Assembly: GCA_031258335.1 (NCBI GenBank)
Contig: JAIRMY010000145.1
Span: 1-31,596, forward strand
Direction: 5' to 3'
DNA length: 31,596 bases
Source of the DNA: Spirochaetaceae bacterium
GTDB lineage: Bacteria; Spirochaetota; Spirochaetia; Treponematales; Breznakiellaceae
Positions 1 to 8,472 of the stretch are shown here, one piece after another; positions within the stretch are counted from its first letter, which is position 1; the number at the start of each line of letters is the position of its first letter. The notes under the pieces were generated by a model. It was not told the DNA's origin and did no database searches. It worked only from the letters and a program-made list of their open reading frames with translations. The translations under genes were made by a program, and so were the position numbers.

Positions 1-66
1 AAGCCGCCGGTTAGGTTCAATGCCGGCGCTAACATCTTCACCGTTCAAAATGAAAGTTACAGTCAT
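1..66 (-). CDS. N-terminus (22 aa, cut by the window edge) of a probable (2Fe-2S)-binding small subunit, CoxS/XdhC/CutS type
   Basis: Not in the ORF track. The minus strand from ATG at 66 reads MTVTFILNGEDVSAGIEPNRRL, open to base 1, with an SD-like GGAAGGA just upstream. It matches the typical 'F.LNG......P..RL' start of molybdo-hydroxylase Fe-S subunits, but no Cys motif is visible. Confidence 0.55.
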   Translation of the reverse strand, partial: MTVTFILNGEDVSAGIEPNRRL

Positions 67-102
67 TGTTAAGGCATCCTTTCCCCATTCAATGCCGGGC
101 GG

Positions 103-1497
103 CTATGCGGTTTGAGCGCGTAGTTTTGCGATTTGGCGGCGGACTTCTTCGGGCGCGGTTCCGCCTGTCAGACGGCGGGTAGCAACGCAGGCTGCGGGTT
201 CAAGTAAAGCGTAGACATCGGCCTCAAAGAGCGGGCTATGGAGTTTAAGGCAGTCAAGGCTCATGCGTGCAATGCTGTCATGACCGGCGGCGATGCAGGC
301 GCGGACGAGGTTGGCTGCGGTCTCGTGCGCCTTCCTGAAGGGAAGCCCTTTACGGACTAGGTATTCCGCCGCGTCGGTGGCTTCAAGAAATCCGCTCGTA
401 CAGGCCGCGGCCATACGCTCAGTGTTAAAACAGGCGCTTTTCATCATCCCGCGGAACATCCGGAGGCAGGAGGCTACCGTATCAAGACTGTCAAAAAGCG
501 CTTCCTTGTCCTCCTGTAAATCTTTGTTATACGCGTAGGGCAGCCCTTTTAGCAGCGTAAAAAGCGTTACCATGTTTCCCGTTGTACGCCCCGCTTTACC
601 GCGTATCAACTCCGCAAAATCGGGATTCTTTTTTTGAGGCATGATAGACGAACCTGTACTCCACGCTTCCGCGAGGTCTATGAATTTGAATTCTTCGCTT
701 GACCAAAGTACGATGTCTTCGCAAAAACGGGAGAGATGAGTCTGCGTTATAGCGCAAACAGCCGCGAGTTCCAACGCGAAATCCCTGTCCGCTATGCTGT
801 CCATCGCGTTTAGGCTCGGTCTTGAAAATCCCAGCGCGGCGGATGTCTCCTCACGGTCAAGTGGGAGCGTAGAACCGGCAAGCGCCCCCGCGCCAAGCGG
901 ACATTCATCTATGCGGCGAAGTGCGCAGTCAAAACGCTGAACATCGCGGCGGAGCGCGGCAGCCCACGCGCAAAGGTGAAAGCTCAGCGTTAGGCACTGC
1001 GCCCGCTGAAGGTGCGTGTATCCTGGCATGATGCTTTCGGCATGAAGTTCCGCTATATCAAGCAACGCGCTTATTACCGCGTTAATTTCGTCTCGCAACT
1101 CCGGAATACGGCGTTTAAGGTAAAGCCGTATATCGAGCGCGACCTGGTCGTTACGGCTCCGCCCGGCGTGAACGGAGCGTCCTACATCGCCAAGCCGTTC
1201 CGTCAGAACGCCTTCGATGAATGAATGGATATCCTCCGCCCTCTCGTCTATCGCGAGAGCGCCGGAGCGGATTTCGGCGGCAATACTCGCAAGTTCCGCG
1301 TCCAAGGCCGTGGCTGCCGCGGCGCTCAGGAGACCCTGCCTGCCAAGCATAGCGGCGTGGGCGCGGCTTCCTTCTATGTCGTCAAAGACAAGCCTCTTGT
1401 CAACTTTTATAGACGCCTGAAACGCAAAGGCTTCCGCGTCCGGCTTCGTGGCAAGCCGCCCGTCCCAAAGGACGGCGCTGGAACCGGCTTCACTCAT
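103..1497 (-). CDS. argH: Argininosuccinate lyase
   Basis: 464 aa with LWDGR, EDIH, HAGRSRNDQ, MPGYTHLQRAQ, STGSSIMPQKKNPD (fumarate-lyase signature), YNKDLQEDK and KGLPFRKAH. Confidence 0.97.
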   Translation of the reverse strand: MSEAGSSAVLWDGRLATKPDAEAFAFQASIKVDKRLVFDDIEGSRAHAAMLGRQGLLSAAAATALDAELASIAAEIRSGALAIDERAEDIHSFIEGVLTERLGDVGRSVHAGRSRNDQVALDIRLYLKRRIPELRDEINAVISALLDIAELHAESIMPGYTHLQRAQCLTLSFHLCAWAAALRRDVQRFDCALRRIDECPLGAGALAGSTLPLDREETSAALGFSRPSLNAMDSIADRDFALELAAVCAITQTHLSRFCEDIVLWSSEEFKFIDLAEAWSTGSSIMPQKKNPDFAELIRGKAGRTTGNMVTLFTLLKGLPYAYNKDLQEDKEALFDSLDTVASCLRMFRGMMKSACFNTERMAAACTSGFLEATDAAEYLVRKGLPFRKAHETAANLVRACIAAGHDSIARMSLDCLKLHSPLFEADVYALLEPAACVATRRLTGGTAPEEVRRQIAKLRAQTA

Positions 1498-2063
1498 ACC
1501 AAAGCGCCGTCCGTTTCATCCCCGGCGCCGTTTTCGCTGTCTTCCACCACTGGTTTTTCCGAAACGCCGTCCGTTTCATCCCCGATGCCGTTTTTGTCGT
1601 CTTCCGCCGCCGTAATTTCCGAAACCTCGTCAGCGTCAGTCCGTATACCCCGGCGGAGGGCGGTCTTTATTTCCGCCGTTGTCATATCGAATATTTCTGT
1701 TTCGGCGCCTTCGTCTATCATGCTGCAAGAGCCTTCGAACAGAACGTTGTCCGCTATGCGAAGCCGTCCGGCGTGTATATCGCCGTGAACTTCACTGCCG
1801 GACATCAGGTCAACCTTACCTTTGGCCTCGATCTTGGCCGTTACCAAACCGTGAACCGTTATAGAATTGACATTGATGTAGTCGCATTCAACATGAGCGC
1901 CTTTGCCGACTATAAGGTCGCCTTTCGCCTCTATTGAGCCGTCAAATTTACCCATTATGCAGATGAGTCCGTCAAAGTGTAAAATACCTTTTAGACTCGT
2001 TGTCTTTGACAGGGTTGCCGTTGGGATTATTTCTTTTTGATTAACGTATGAAAACTTGGGCAT
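1494..2063 (-). CDS. Bactofilin (polymer-forming cytoskeletal protein) with acidic repeat tail
   Basis: Bactofilin beta-helix pattern (GILHFDGLICIMGKFDGSIEAKGDLIVGKGAHV...GDIHAGRLRIADNVLFEGSCSM) followed by a D/E-rich tail. The stop overlaps the argH start. Confidence 0.85.
   Translation of the reverse strand: MPKFSYVNQKEIIPTATLSKTTSLKGILHFDGLICIMGKFDGSIEAKGDLIVGKGAHVECDYINVNSITVHGLVTAKIEAKGKVDLMSGSEVHGDIHAGRLRIADNVLFEGSCSMIDEGAETEIFDMTTAEIKTALRRGIRTDADEVSEITAAEDDKNGIGDETDGVSEKPVVEDSENGAGDETDGALV
1501..1620. repeat. Imperfect 60-bp tandem duplication (2 units) encoding the bactofilin tail
   Basis: 1501-1560 vs 1561-1620 match at 47/60 by hand count. Exact 20-bp core cgccgtccgtttcatccccg at 1505-1524 and 1565-1584. 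Confidence 0.9.
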
Positions 2064-2064
2064 T

Positions 2065-2772
2065 TTAACAGTCTACCGTATCGCGTATGGGTTTTTCCAG
2101 AATCGTAAGGCCTATTTCCTGTTCTTTTAGTCCCATCCATTCTGATTCTGTTTGTTCAATTATCGTCTCTATCCCAGAAAATATATCCCGCGCCCGAGAG
2201 GCTTTGTCCTTAATCTTCACAGCATAAGCCTCGTTAAGCGCGGCGCCGGCATTTGTGTCCGTAATATCGGCTAAAAGCTCCTCGAATGCCTGTTGAAAAT
2301 GGATGATAACGTGCTTTAAGCTGCCGCTAAACTCTTCCGCCAACGCAAGGCGTTTTTCCCGCGTACGAATTTGGGAAATAAGCATACTATTCCGCAAGGC
2401 GGCGCGTATCCGTGCAAGAACAACGGAAAAATTGAACGGCTTAACGATATAATCGTCCGCGCCAAGTTCAAAGGCTTCAACTATTTCTTTGACATCATTG
2501 ATTTCCGACAAAAGAAGCACGGGAACAAAAGCGGTTTTAAGGTCAGCCTTGACTGCTTTTAGAATTTCCCAGCCGCTTACTTTGGGCAGCACATCGTTAA
2601 TAATTATAAGGTCAGGCAGCTCGGACGCGGCTGCGTTCGTTATTTTTTCCAAGGCTATGTGCCCGTCCTGCGCTTTTTCAACAATAAAGCCAAGTTTCGA
2701 CAGCATGAGGTCAAAAAATTCAAGGTTCAAAGCGTCAGAGTCAGCTATTAGTATCTTTTTCCGGTTTATCAT
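2065..2772 (-). CDS. Response regulator receiver protein with C-terminal coiled coil and atypical phospho-site
   Basis: KILIAD, PDLIIINDVLPKVSGWEIL, PVLLLS and GADDYIVKPF receiver motifs. SD GGAGG upstream. No DNA-binding or enzymatic output domain recognised. Confidence 0.85.
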   Translation of the reverse strand: MINRKKILIADSDALNLEFFDLMLSKLGFIVEKAQDGHIALEKITNAAASELPDLIIINDVLPKVSGWEILKAVKADLKTAFVPVLLLSEINDVKEIVEAFELGADDYIVKPFNFSVVLARIRAALRNSMLISQIRTREKRLALAEEFSGSLKHVIIHFQQAFEELLADITDTNAGAALNEAYAVKIKDKASRARDIFSGIETIIEQTESEWMGLKEQEIGLTILEKPIRDTVDC

Positions 2773-2921
2773 TCAATATTTCCTCCAGACTTACAACAAG
2801 GATGAGTGTAAACCTAAACAACATCCCGTGCAATCCCCGCGCACGGTGTGGCCAAATTTAGGGTGTAAATTTCTAGGTAGTGGGCCTATAGAAAGCGGAA
2901 ATAAAACTATAATAGAGGCTC

Positions 2922-3785
2922 TCAAGGGCTATTTTGCCATGCGTAAATGAACTGGAGCGCGTACTGCTGTATCCCGCCAAACCATTTGTCTATGAAGGCG
3001 GCAAGTACCGTCCCGGTGTAGCGGTAGTGCCAGCTTTCCCAGCGATACCCTGTAAGATGCTCATAGCCGTCGGGAAAAGACAGTGACCAGCCATATTTGG
3101 GCCCGTTCACGAGTATCCAGCGGCCTGCGGCGGTCCCGGCGAAGGCATCGGTGATGGAGCCGAAATCTACGGCGAGCCCAAGTTGATGCTGGCTATGACC
3201 CTGACGGGAAGATTCACGGTCGGCAGTTTCCTGGCCGCTCTCGCGGACATTGCGGGCGTACACCTGAGTCTGGTAGTCAAAGGAACGGTAAGCCGATGAC
3301 GCGACAAGGGTGATTCCTTCGGCGCGGGCGGCGCTTGCCATACGTTCAAGGGCTTCCGCCGCGGGACGCCTTAGCCGTAGGTCCGCCCGCCCCACGCGGT
3401 ACGAAGCGCCGTCATCCAGCGTTACAAGGTCATCCGGCTCATAGCCGTCGGGGAGGGGATGTTTTTTGTCAACCAGCCGCCATAAAAACGGGTCGCCCTC
3501 CATTGCCAGGGCAAGTTCAGTCAGAAATGCTTCCTCACCGGCGGCTTTTATCCTGTCGCCCATGTCTTCCGGTATTTCAGCGTCTCGCAAAGCCGCCTCC
3601 AACTGCCGCGTATAAGCGCTCGTTTTCGGCGTTTCGGAACGGGAGGGGGAAATTGATGAACCCAGCGCCGCGCCCTCAGCCTGAGCGAGGCTGCGCCTTT
3701 CCGCCGCGCCTCGTTCACACGAACAGAACAACGCTGCAAACGCCGCCAATGCCGCCATACCGCGGATGCGCGGGTTTATCGCCAT
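2922..3785 (-). CDS. D-alanyl-D-alanine carboxypeptidase, peptidase M15B (VanY-like), probable lipoprotein
   Basis: SAYRSFDYQ, SQHQLGLAVDF and ESWHYRY zinc-peptidase motifs. Hydrophobic N-terminus ending ALFCSC. Confidence 0.9.
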   Translation of the reverse strand: MAINPRIRGMAALAAFAALFCSCERGAAERRSLAQAEGAALGSSISPSRSETPKTSAYTRQLEAALRDAEIPEDMGDRIKAAGEEAFLTELALAMEGDPFLWRLVDKKHPLPDGYEPDDLVTLDDGASYRVGRADLRLRRPAAEALERMASAARAEGITLVASSAYRSFDYQTQVYARNVRESGQETADRESSRQGHSQHQLGLAVDFGSITDAFAGTAAGRWILVNGPKYGWSLSFPDGYEHLTGYRWESWHYRYTGTVLAAFIDKWFGGIQQYALQFIYAWQNSP

Positions 3786-3872
3786 GTTAGCCTTGTCATT
3801 TTCCCAGATTAAATCATTATAAAAGCGCCGTCAATCATGGAGTGCGGCTGACTACACAACTTGTGCGGGTTT

Positions 3873-3881
3873 TGATATAAT
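3873..3881 (+). promoter_or_regulatory. Extended -10 promoter element (TGnTATAAT)
   Basis: TG at 3873-3874 and TATAAT at 3876-3881, 6 nt before the ATG at 3888. Confidence 0.5.
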
Positions 3882-3887
3882 GAAAAA

Positions 3888-5696
3888 ATGAAACTCCGGG
3901 TTTTTCATAAAATTGTAGCATTGTCGGCGTTGTATTTTTGCCTTTTTTTGTTGCTTGCGTTTGTCCAATTTGCCGAGCGGGATGGTTTGAACCGCCGGAT
4001 TGGATCTTTGCACGTGAACGGCTCATTTAAGCGGCAAAGGGAAACCGCTATGTACACCGGGGAAGACAGCCAAGCGGTCGAAGACGGCGTAACCGTGTCT
4101 TTCGGCGGGATGGAATTCCACCTTACCGGTAATATGGCTAACGGTTTGGCGTATACGGACAACGAGGGGCTTATCAAAGCAGCATACCCCGAAACGGTAA
4201 GGTTTTCCGAGAATGAAGTACACTTTCAGCTTACAGGCGGGCAAGAGCTTTCCTTTTATGTAGATAACGATACGGATACAAAAGAGCTGACCATCAGCGT
4301 TCTTGTTAAAGACGATATAGAGCATATTATGCTGCCGTTCAACATAAACGATAGGGCTGTTATTGAATCCAACGAATCCGGTAATTTTATTGTAAAATAC
4401 AACAACGCGGAATATATGTTTGAGACCCCGCGCATAGATCAGTATACCAGGCGTATTTTACTCGGTCGCGTAAATCCCGTGGCTTTTTACCGAGTCATTC
4501 AAGGCGGTGAAGCATCGAATTTCTCAGATTTCATAGTTTCCGGCGGCAGTGAAAAACCGCTTTACAATGAAATTGTTCAGCGCTGGTGCGACTCGGCGTT
4601 TATCTATTGGGAACGCCTTATAACAGAAGGCAACGCCGGTGAAAACATCGTTATATCTTACCTCGCCGAGGCCGCGCGGCGTGGAGCATTGATACCCGCC
4701 CTTAATATGATACCCGCCGCGTTCAGAAGGCAATCGGTGAGTTTTCTCTCCGCGCCTTTTTTGGGCAGGCTCAATGCATCAATGCGCGGATTAACGTTGT
4801 TTGAACAGGGGAAAATGGACGCCATCGCGTCAGACGCAAAAACCAACCCGGCTATCTTTTTGACGGAGAAACGGTTATTTGAATATCTCGCCCGGCGGGG
4901 CAATTATGAACTTTTTGAAACGGGAATAGAGTACATAAAGGCTCTCTCGTCCGCGTCACTTCCTGATTTTGAAATGTGCGCCGGCGTTTTAGAAGGCTGG
5001 CTTGCGTGGAATGTATGGAGACCGGATATTGAAAACCCATTCGAAGAAATATTGACAAAAACGTTGACCCAAATATTCGCTTACATGAAAAAGGACAAGG
5101 CAAGCGGTTATGTTTTTGCCGCCGGCTATGACGTTGATATGCTTTACAACATTAGACTTGGCGCCGCGCTTACCGCTTACGGCGAGAAAACAAATAACAA
5201 TGCATGGGCCGCGATAGGCCGGTCGCTGGTAATATCCGTACTCTCGTTTACTGCGCCGGACAACGGCGCATTGGTAAGCGGCAGGCTTGAGTTGTCCAGC
5301 GATGGAGGGTTTACCATCCCTGAGTCCGCGGATAGATTAACAGCCGAGGAGATATACTCCGAACTCGGGTATTCAAACTTCTATCCCCATGCCGCCGGTT
5401 CGGGAACGCCGGTAGGCGCGGTTTGGCTTTGGACTGTTTCTCCGTCAGTTGTCGCTTCGTTTGCGAACAATGTGCTGGATTTTGGCGTTACATTTCCTCC
5501 CGGAGCATCGCATTATCTCTATATTATGAATGTAAAACCTTTTTCCGGAATTCAACTGCGGAACATATACTGGCGTTCAGATCCGCAGTTTGAACAGTAC
5601 GATGCCCCGGGCTGGCTGTACTCCGCCGCCGAACAAATCCTGATGTTAAAAATTGCGCAGTTAGAAGAAGTAGAACATATCAAAATAATGTATTAA
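3888..5696 (+). CDS. Hypothetical protein with N-terminal membrane anchor/signal
   Basis: 602-aa ORF with one N-terminal hydrophobic segment (IVALSALYFCLFLLLAFVQF). No catalytic motif recognised. Confidence 0.8.
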   Translation: MKLRVFHKIVALSALYFCLFLLLAFVQFAERDGLNRRIGSLHVNGSFKRQRETAMYTGEDSQAVEDGVTVSFGGMEFHLTGNMANGLAYTDNEGLIKAAYPETVRFSENEVHFQLTGGQELSFYVDNDTDTKELTISVLVKDDIEHIMLPFNINDRAVIESNESGNFIVKYNNAEYMFETPRIDQYTRRILLGRVNPVAFYRVIQGGEASNFSDFIVSGGSEKPLYNEIVQRWCDSAFIYWERLITEGNAGENIVISYLAEAARRGALIPALNMIPAAFRRQSVSFLSAPFLGRLNASMRGLTLFEQGKMDAIASDAKTNPAIFLTEKRLFEYLARRGNYELFETGIEYIKALSSASLPDFEMCAGVLEGWLAWNVWRPDIENPFEEILTKTLTQIFAYMKKDKASGYVFAAGYDVDMLYNIRLGAALTAYGEKTNNNAWAAIGRSLVISVLSFTAPDNGALVSGRLELSSDGGFTIPESADRLTAEEIYSELGYSNFYPHAAGSGTPVGAVWLWTVSPSVVASFANNVLDFGVTFPPGASHYLYIMNVKPFSGIQLRNIYWRSDPQFEQYDAPGWLYSAAEQILMLKIAQLEEVEHIKIMY

Positions 5697-5764
5697 AGGC
5701 GTTTACCCACCTGTATTGACGATGGCGGCTATACAAAAAACCGCCGCCTGATTATATTACTAAT

Positions 5765-6418
5765 ATGAAAAATTTATTTACCGCCATTTTTTCAATTATT
5801 GCCATGACGCTTGTCCCGGCCGCGCTTTTTGCCCAGCGGTACAACACTGAGGGTGTCGCGCCTAACACGGACCTCGGCGATCTCAAGGTTGACAAGCCGG
5901 AAATTATCAACTCAGACGTTGCTTTTGCCGACGGCGGCAACGACTGGATAGCCATGTCCGCCGAGGTACACGCCATCACTCAGGTCCCCATAGACAAATT
6001 GTACGCCGTCTTGCATGACATTGAAAGTCAGCCCAAGGTGTTCAACAAGGGCTTGAGCGTTACAAAGAGCGCCAAAATAGACAGCACAGGTCCGGACGGT
6101 ACTGTGGCGACTTATACAACAAGCGCCGTAGGACAGGAGACGGTTTACACCGCTCTTGTTACGGAAAAAGTAAACCTCCCTGATTCGGTGTTCATAGTCG
6201 TGAAACAGACAAAGCCAAACAGCCAGATACGGAATGTCTATGCCACGTGGTATCTTTCCACGGTAACGTTAAACGGAATCAAGTACAGTTATATACGCTT
6301 TTACGATTCAAACGAGGCCGCCGGCGGCGGAATCAAGAAGGCAGCGGTCAGCGCCGGCATAAATTCCGCTCATACAGCAACAATAAACCAGCTTATAGAC
6401 GGCGCGAAAAAAAGATAG
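5765..6418 (+). CDS. Exported hypothetical protein, possible SRPBCC/START-like ligand-binding fold
   Basis: Signal peptide MKNLFTAIFSIIAMTLVPAALFA. The segment VHAITQVPIDKLYAVLHDIESQPKVF resembles the SRPBCC N-terminal strand-helix. The fold call is pattern-based only. Confidence 0.6.
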   Translation: MKNLFTAIFSIIAMTLVPAALFAQRYNTEGVAPNTDLGDLKVDKPEIINSDVAFADGGNDWIAMSAEVHAITQVPIDKLYAVLHDIESQPKVFNKGLSVTKSAKIDSTGPDGTVATYTTSAVGQETVYTALVTEKVNLPDSVFIVVKQTKPNSQIRNVYATWYLSTVTLNGIKYSYIRFYDSNEAAGGGIKKAAVSAGINSAHTATINQLIDGAKKR

Positions 6419-7240
6419 TTGAACACTGCACCCTTGGACGAAAAATACGACAAACTCATACGCGCCATAGCCGGTGTAAAGAGCGCCGCCGTCGCCTTTT
6501 CAGGCGGAGTGGACAGCTCATTCCTCTGTTACGCGACCCGGACGGCTCTGGGCGGCGGCGCTCTCGCGATTACCATAGTTTCCCCCATGTTGCCACAAAG
6601 CGAGATAGCCTGCGCCAAGCGCGTCGCCGCTCTCACCGGCATAAGGCACATACTTGTCAACGAAGACCAAATTGACGAGGAGGTGGCGGCAAACCCCCAT
6701 GACCGCTGTTACTACTGCAAAAAAATAGAATTTACAAAAATCATGGAGACGGCGCGGGAACACGGCGCGGAACTTGTCTTCGATGGCTCCAACACAGACG
6801 ACCTTGACGACTACCGTCCCGGCCTCCGCGCCCTGTCCGAGTTAAAGGTCGTAAGCCCGCTGCGGGAGGCGGGACTCAACAAGGCGGAGATCAGGGCGCT
6901 TTCCAAACGTTTCGGCCTCCCGACATGGAACAAACCGGCCTTTGCCTGCCTTGCATCCCGTATTCCTTACGGCGAGCGTATAGACAGGCAAAAACTTTCC
7001 CGCGTGGAAAAAGCCGAAGACCTATTGAGGAACGAGGGCTTTGTTCAGTTCCGGGTACGTTCCCACGGCGACATAGCCCGTATTGAGGTAGCGCGGGAGG
7101 AACGCAGGCGTTTCTTTGACGAGGAAACCCTTGACCGCATAGCCGCCGGAATAAAGGGGCTAGGCTTCCTGTACGCCGCCTTTGAGCTTGAAGGCTACGC
7201 CATGGGCAGCCTTAACCGCGCGCGGGAAAACCTGTCGTGA
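6419..7240 (+). CDS. larE: NPN cofactor sulfur insertase LarE (PP-loop ATPase)
   Basis: AFSGGVDSS PP-loop, NPHDRCYYCKK, DGSNTDDLDDYRPGLRA, SPLREAGLNKAEIR, WNKPAFACLASRIPYGE and VRSHGDIARIE. TTG start. Confidence 0.93.
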   Translation: MNTAPLDEKYDKLIRAIAGVKSAAVAFSGGVDSSFLCYATRTALGGGALAITIVSPMLPQSEIACAKRVAALTGIRHILVNEDQIDEEVAANPHDRCYYCKKIEFTKIMETAREHGAELVFDGSNTDDLDDYRPGLRALSELKVVSPLREAGLNKAEIRALSKRFGLPTWNKPAFACLASRIPYGERIDRQKLSRVEKAEDLLRNEGFVQFRVRSHGDIARIEVAREERRRFFDEETLDRIAAGIKGLGFLYAAFELEGYAMGSLNRARENLS

Positions 7241-8472
7241 AGACTCTGCATTTTGACTGCTTTGCCGGTATCTCAGGCGATATGACGCTGGGCGCTCTTG
7301 TGGATTTAGGCGTTGACAAAAGAGCCGTCCTAAAAGAACTAGAAGCGCTTAACCTTGCCGGCTGGTCTATGGATTTTGTAAAAGAAGAACGTTGCGGCAT
7401 CACCGGAACACGGGCCATAGTCAACATTGATGATGAGGATTTTTCCGCCGGGCATGGTCATCACGGTCACGGGGCCAGTAATCACGTCCCATGCCGTGCT
7501 TGGCGTGATATACGCTTCCTCATCGAGAAATCTGGCTTGAGCGAAGGGGCAAAGTCCCGCGCCCTAGCAATATTCTCGCGCCTTGCATCCGCCGAAGCGG
7601 AGGTGCACGGCGTTCCGGTGGACGAGGTTACGTTCCACGAAGTCGGCGCTCTCGACTCAATCATAGACATAGTCGGCAGCGCGGTCTGCTTGGACATACT
7701 CAAGCCGGACAGGATCACATCAAGCGAACTGGAACTCGGCGGCGGTGTGGTAAAATGCGCCCACGGCTTACTCAACGTACCCGCCCCCGCCACGCTGAAG
7801 CTCTGCGAAGGATTGCCGGTGAGGACAGGTGGCTTTGACAAAGAGATGACGACGCCGACAGGGGCGGCCATACTCGCGGTAAGCGTGGACGAATTCATAA
7901 AAGGCGCGGCTTTCAGGCATATCAAAACGGCTTACGGCATAGGTTCACGGAAATTGGAGCGTCCCAACGTGCTTGCTGTCTCGTGGCGCGAGGAAGCGCC
8001 GGCGGCCAAGAACGGCGCGGCAGACGGCTGGATACACGAAGAACTCACATTGATAGAGACGAACATTGACGATATGACAGGCGAGGCGCTCGGCTTCCTC
8101 ATGGACAGGCTTTTCGAGGCGGGCGCTCTGGATGTAACGTTTACCGGTTGCGTGATGAAGAAATCCCGCCCCGGCGTGATAGCCGCGATACTCTGTACGC
8201 CAGAAAGACTCAGCTTCCTCCGCCGCGTCTTATTTGAAAAATCAAGCGCCATAGGCTTTCGTGAAACAACTGTACGCCGCATATCACTGCCGCGTGAACA
8301 GCGCACGGTCAAAAGCGGAGCGGATGCCGCCGGGGTAAAAACTGTTTTTGTCGATGAAAAAAAATGGCGTTCAAAAATTGAATACCGCGACAGGGAAAGG
8401 CTGGCCCGCGAAAGAGGCGTATCCCTTGATGAAGCGGAGGGTATTATAAGAGATGAATACGGCAATCCTTGA
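7237..8472 (+). CDS. larC: NPN cofactor nickel insertase LarC (single ORF)
   Basis: HFDCFAGISGDMTLGALVDLG, His-rich GHGHHGHG, FHEVGALDSIIDIVG, VPAPATL, EMTTPTGAAIL, ETNIDDMTGE, GALDV and MKKSRPG. Confidence 0.93.
   Translation: MKTLHFDCFAGISGDMTLGALVDLGVDKRAVLKELEALNLAGWSMDFVKEERCGITGTRAIVNIDDEDFSAGHGHHGHGASNHVPCRAWRDIRFLIEKSGLSEGAKSRALAIFSRLASAEAEVHGVPVDEVTFHEVGALDSIIDIVGSAVCLDILKPDRITSSELELGGGVVKCAHGLLNVPAPATLKLCEGLPVRTGGFDKEMTTPTGAAILAVSVDEFIKGAAFRHIKTAYGIGSRKLERPNVLAVSWREEAPAAKNGAADGWIHEELTLIETNIDDMTGEALGFLMDRLFEAGALDVTFTGCVMKKSRPGVIAAILCTPERLSFLRRVLFEKSSAIGFRETTVRRISLPREQRTVKSGADAAGVKTVFVDEKKWRSKIEYRDRERLARERGVSLDEAEGIIRDEYGNP

Noticed and set aside
3816-3834. Minus-strand TTGACG and TATAAT upstream of the carboxypeptidase
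   Set aside because: The spacer is only 7 nt, which is incompatible with a single sigma70 promoter.
7237-8472. Programmed frameshift in larC, as in Lactiplantibacillus
   Set aside because: Both LarC halves are in one continuous frame here.
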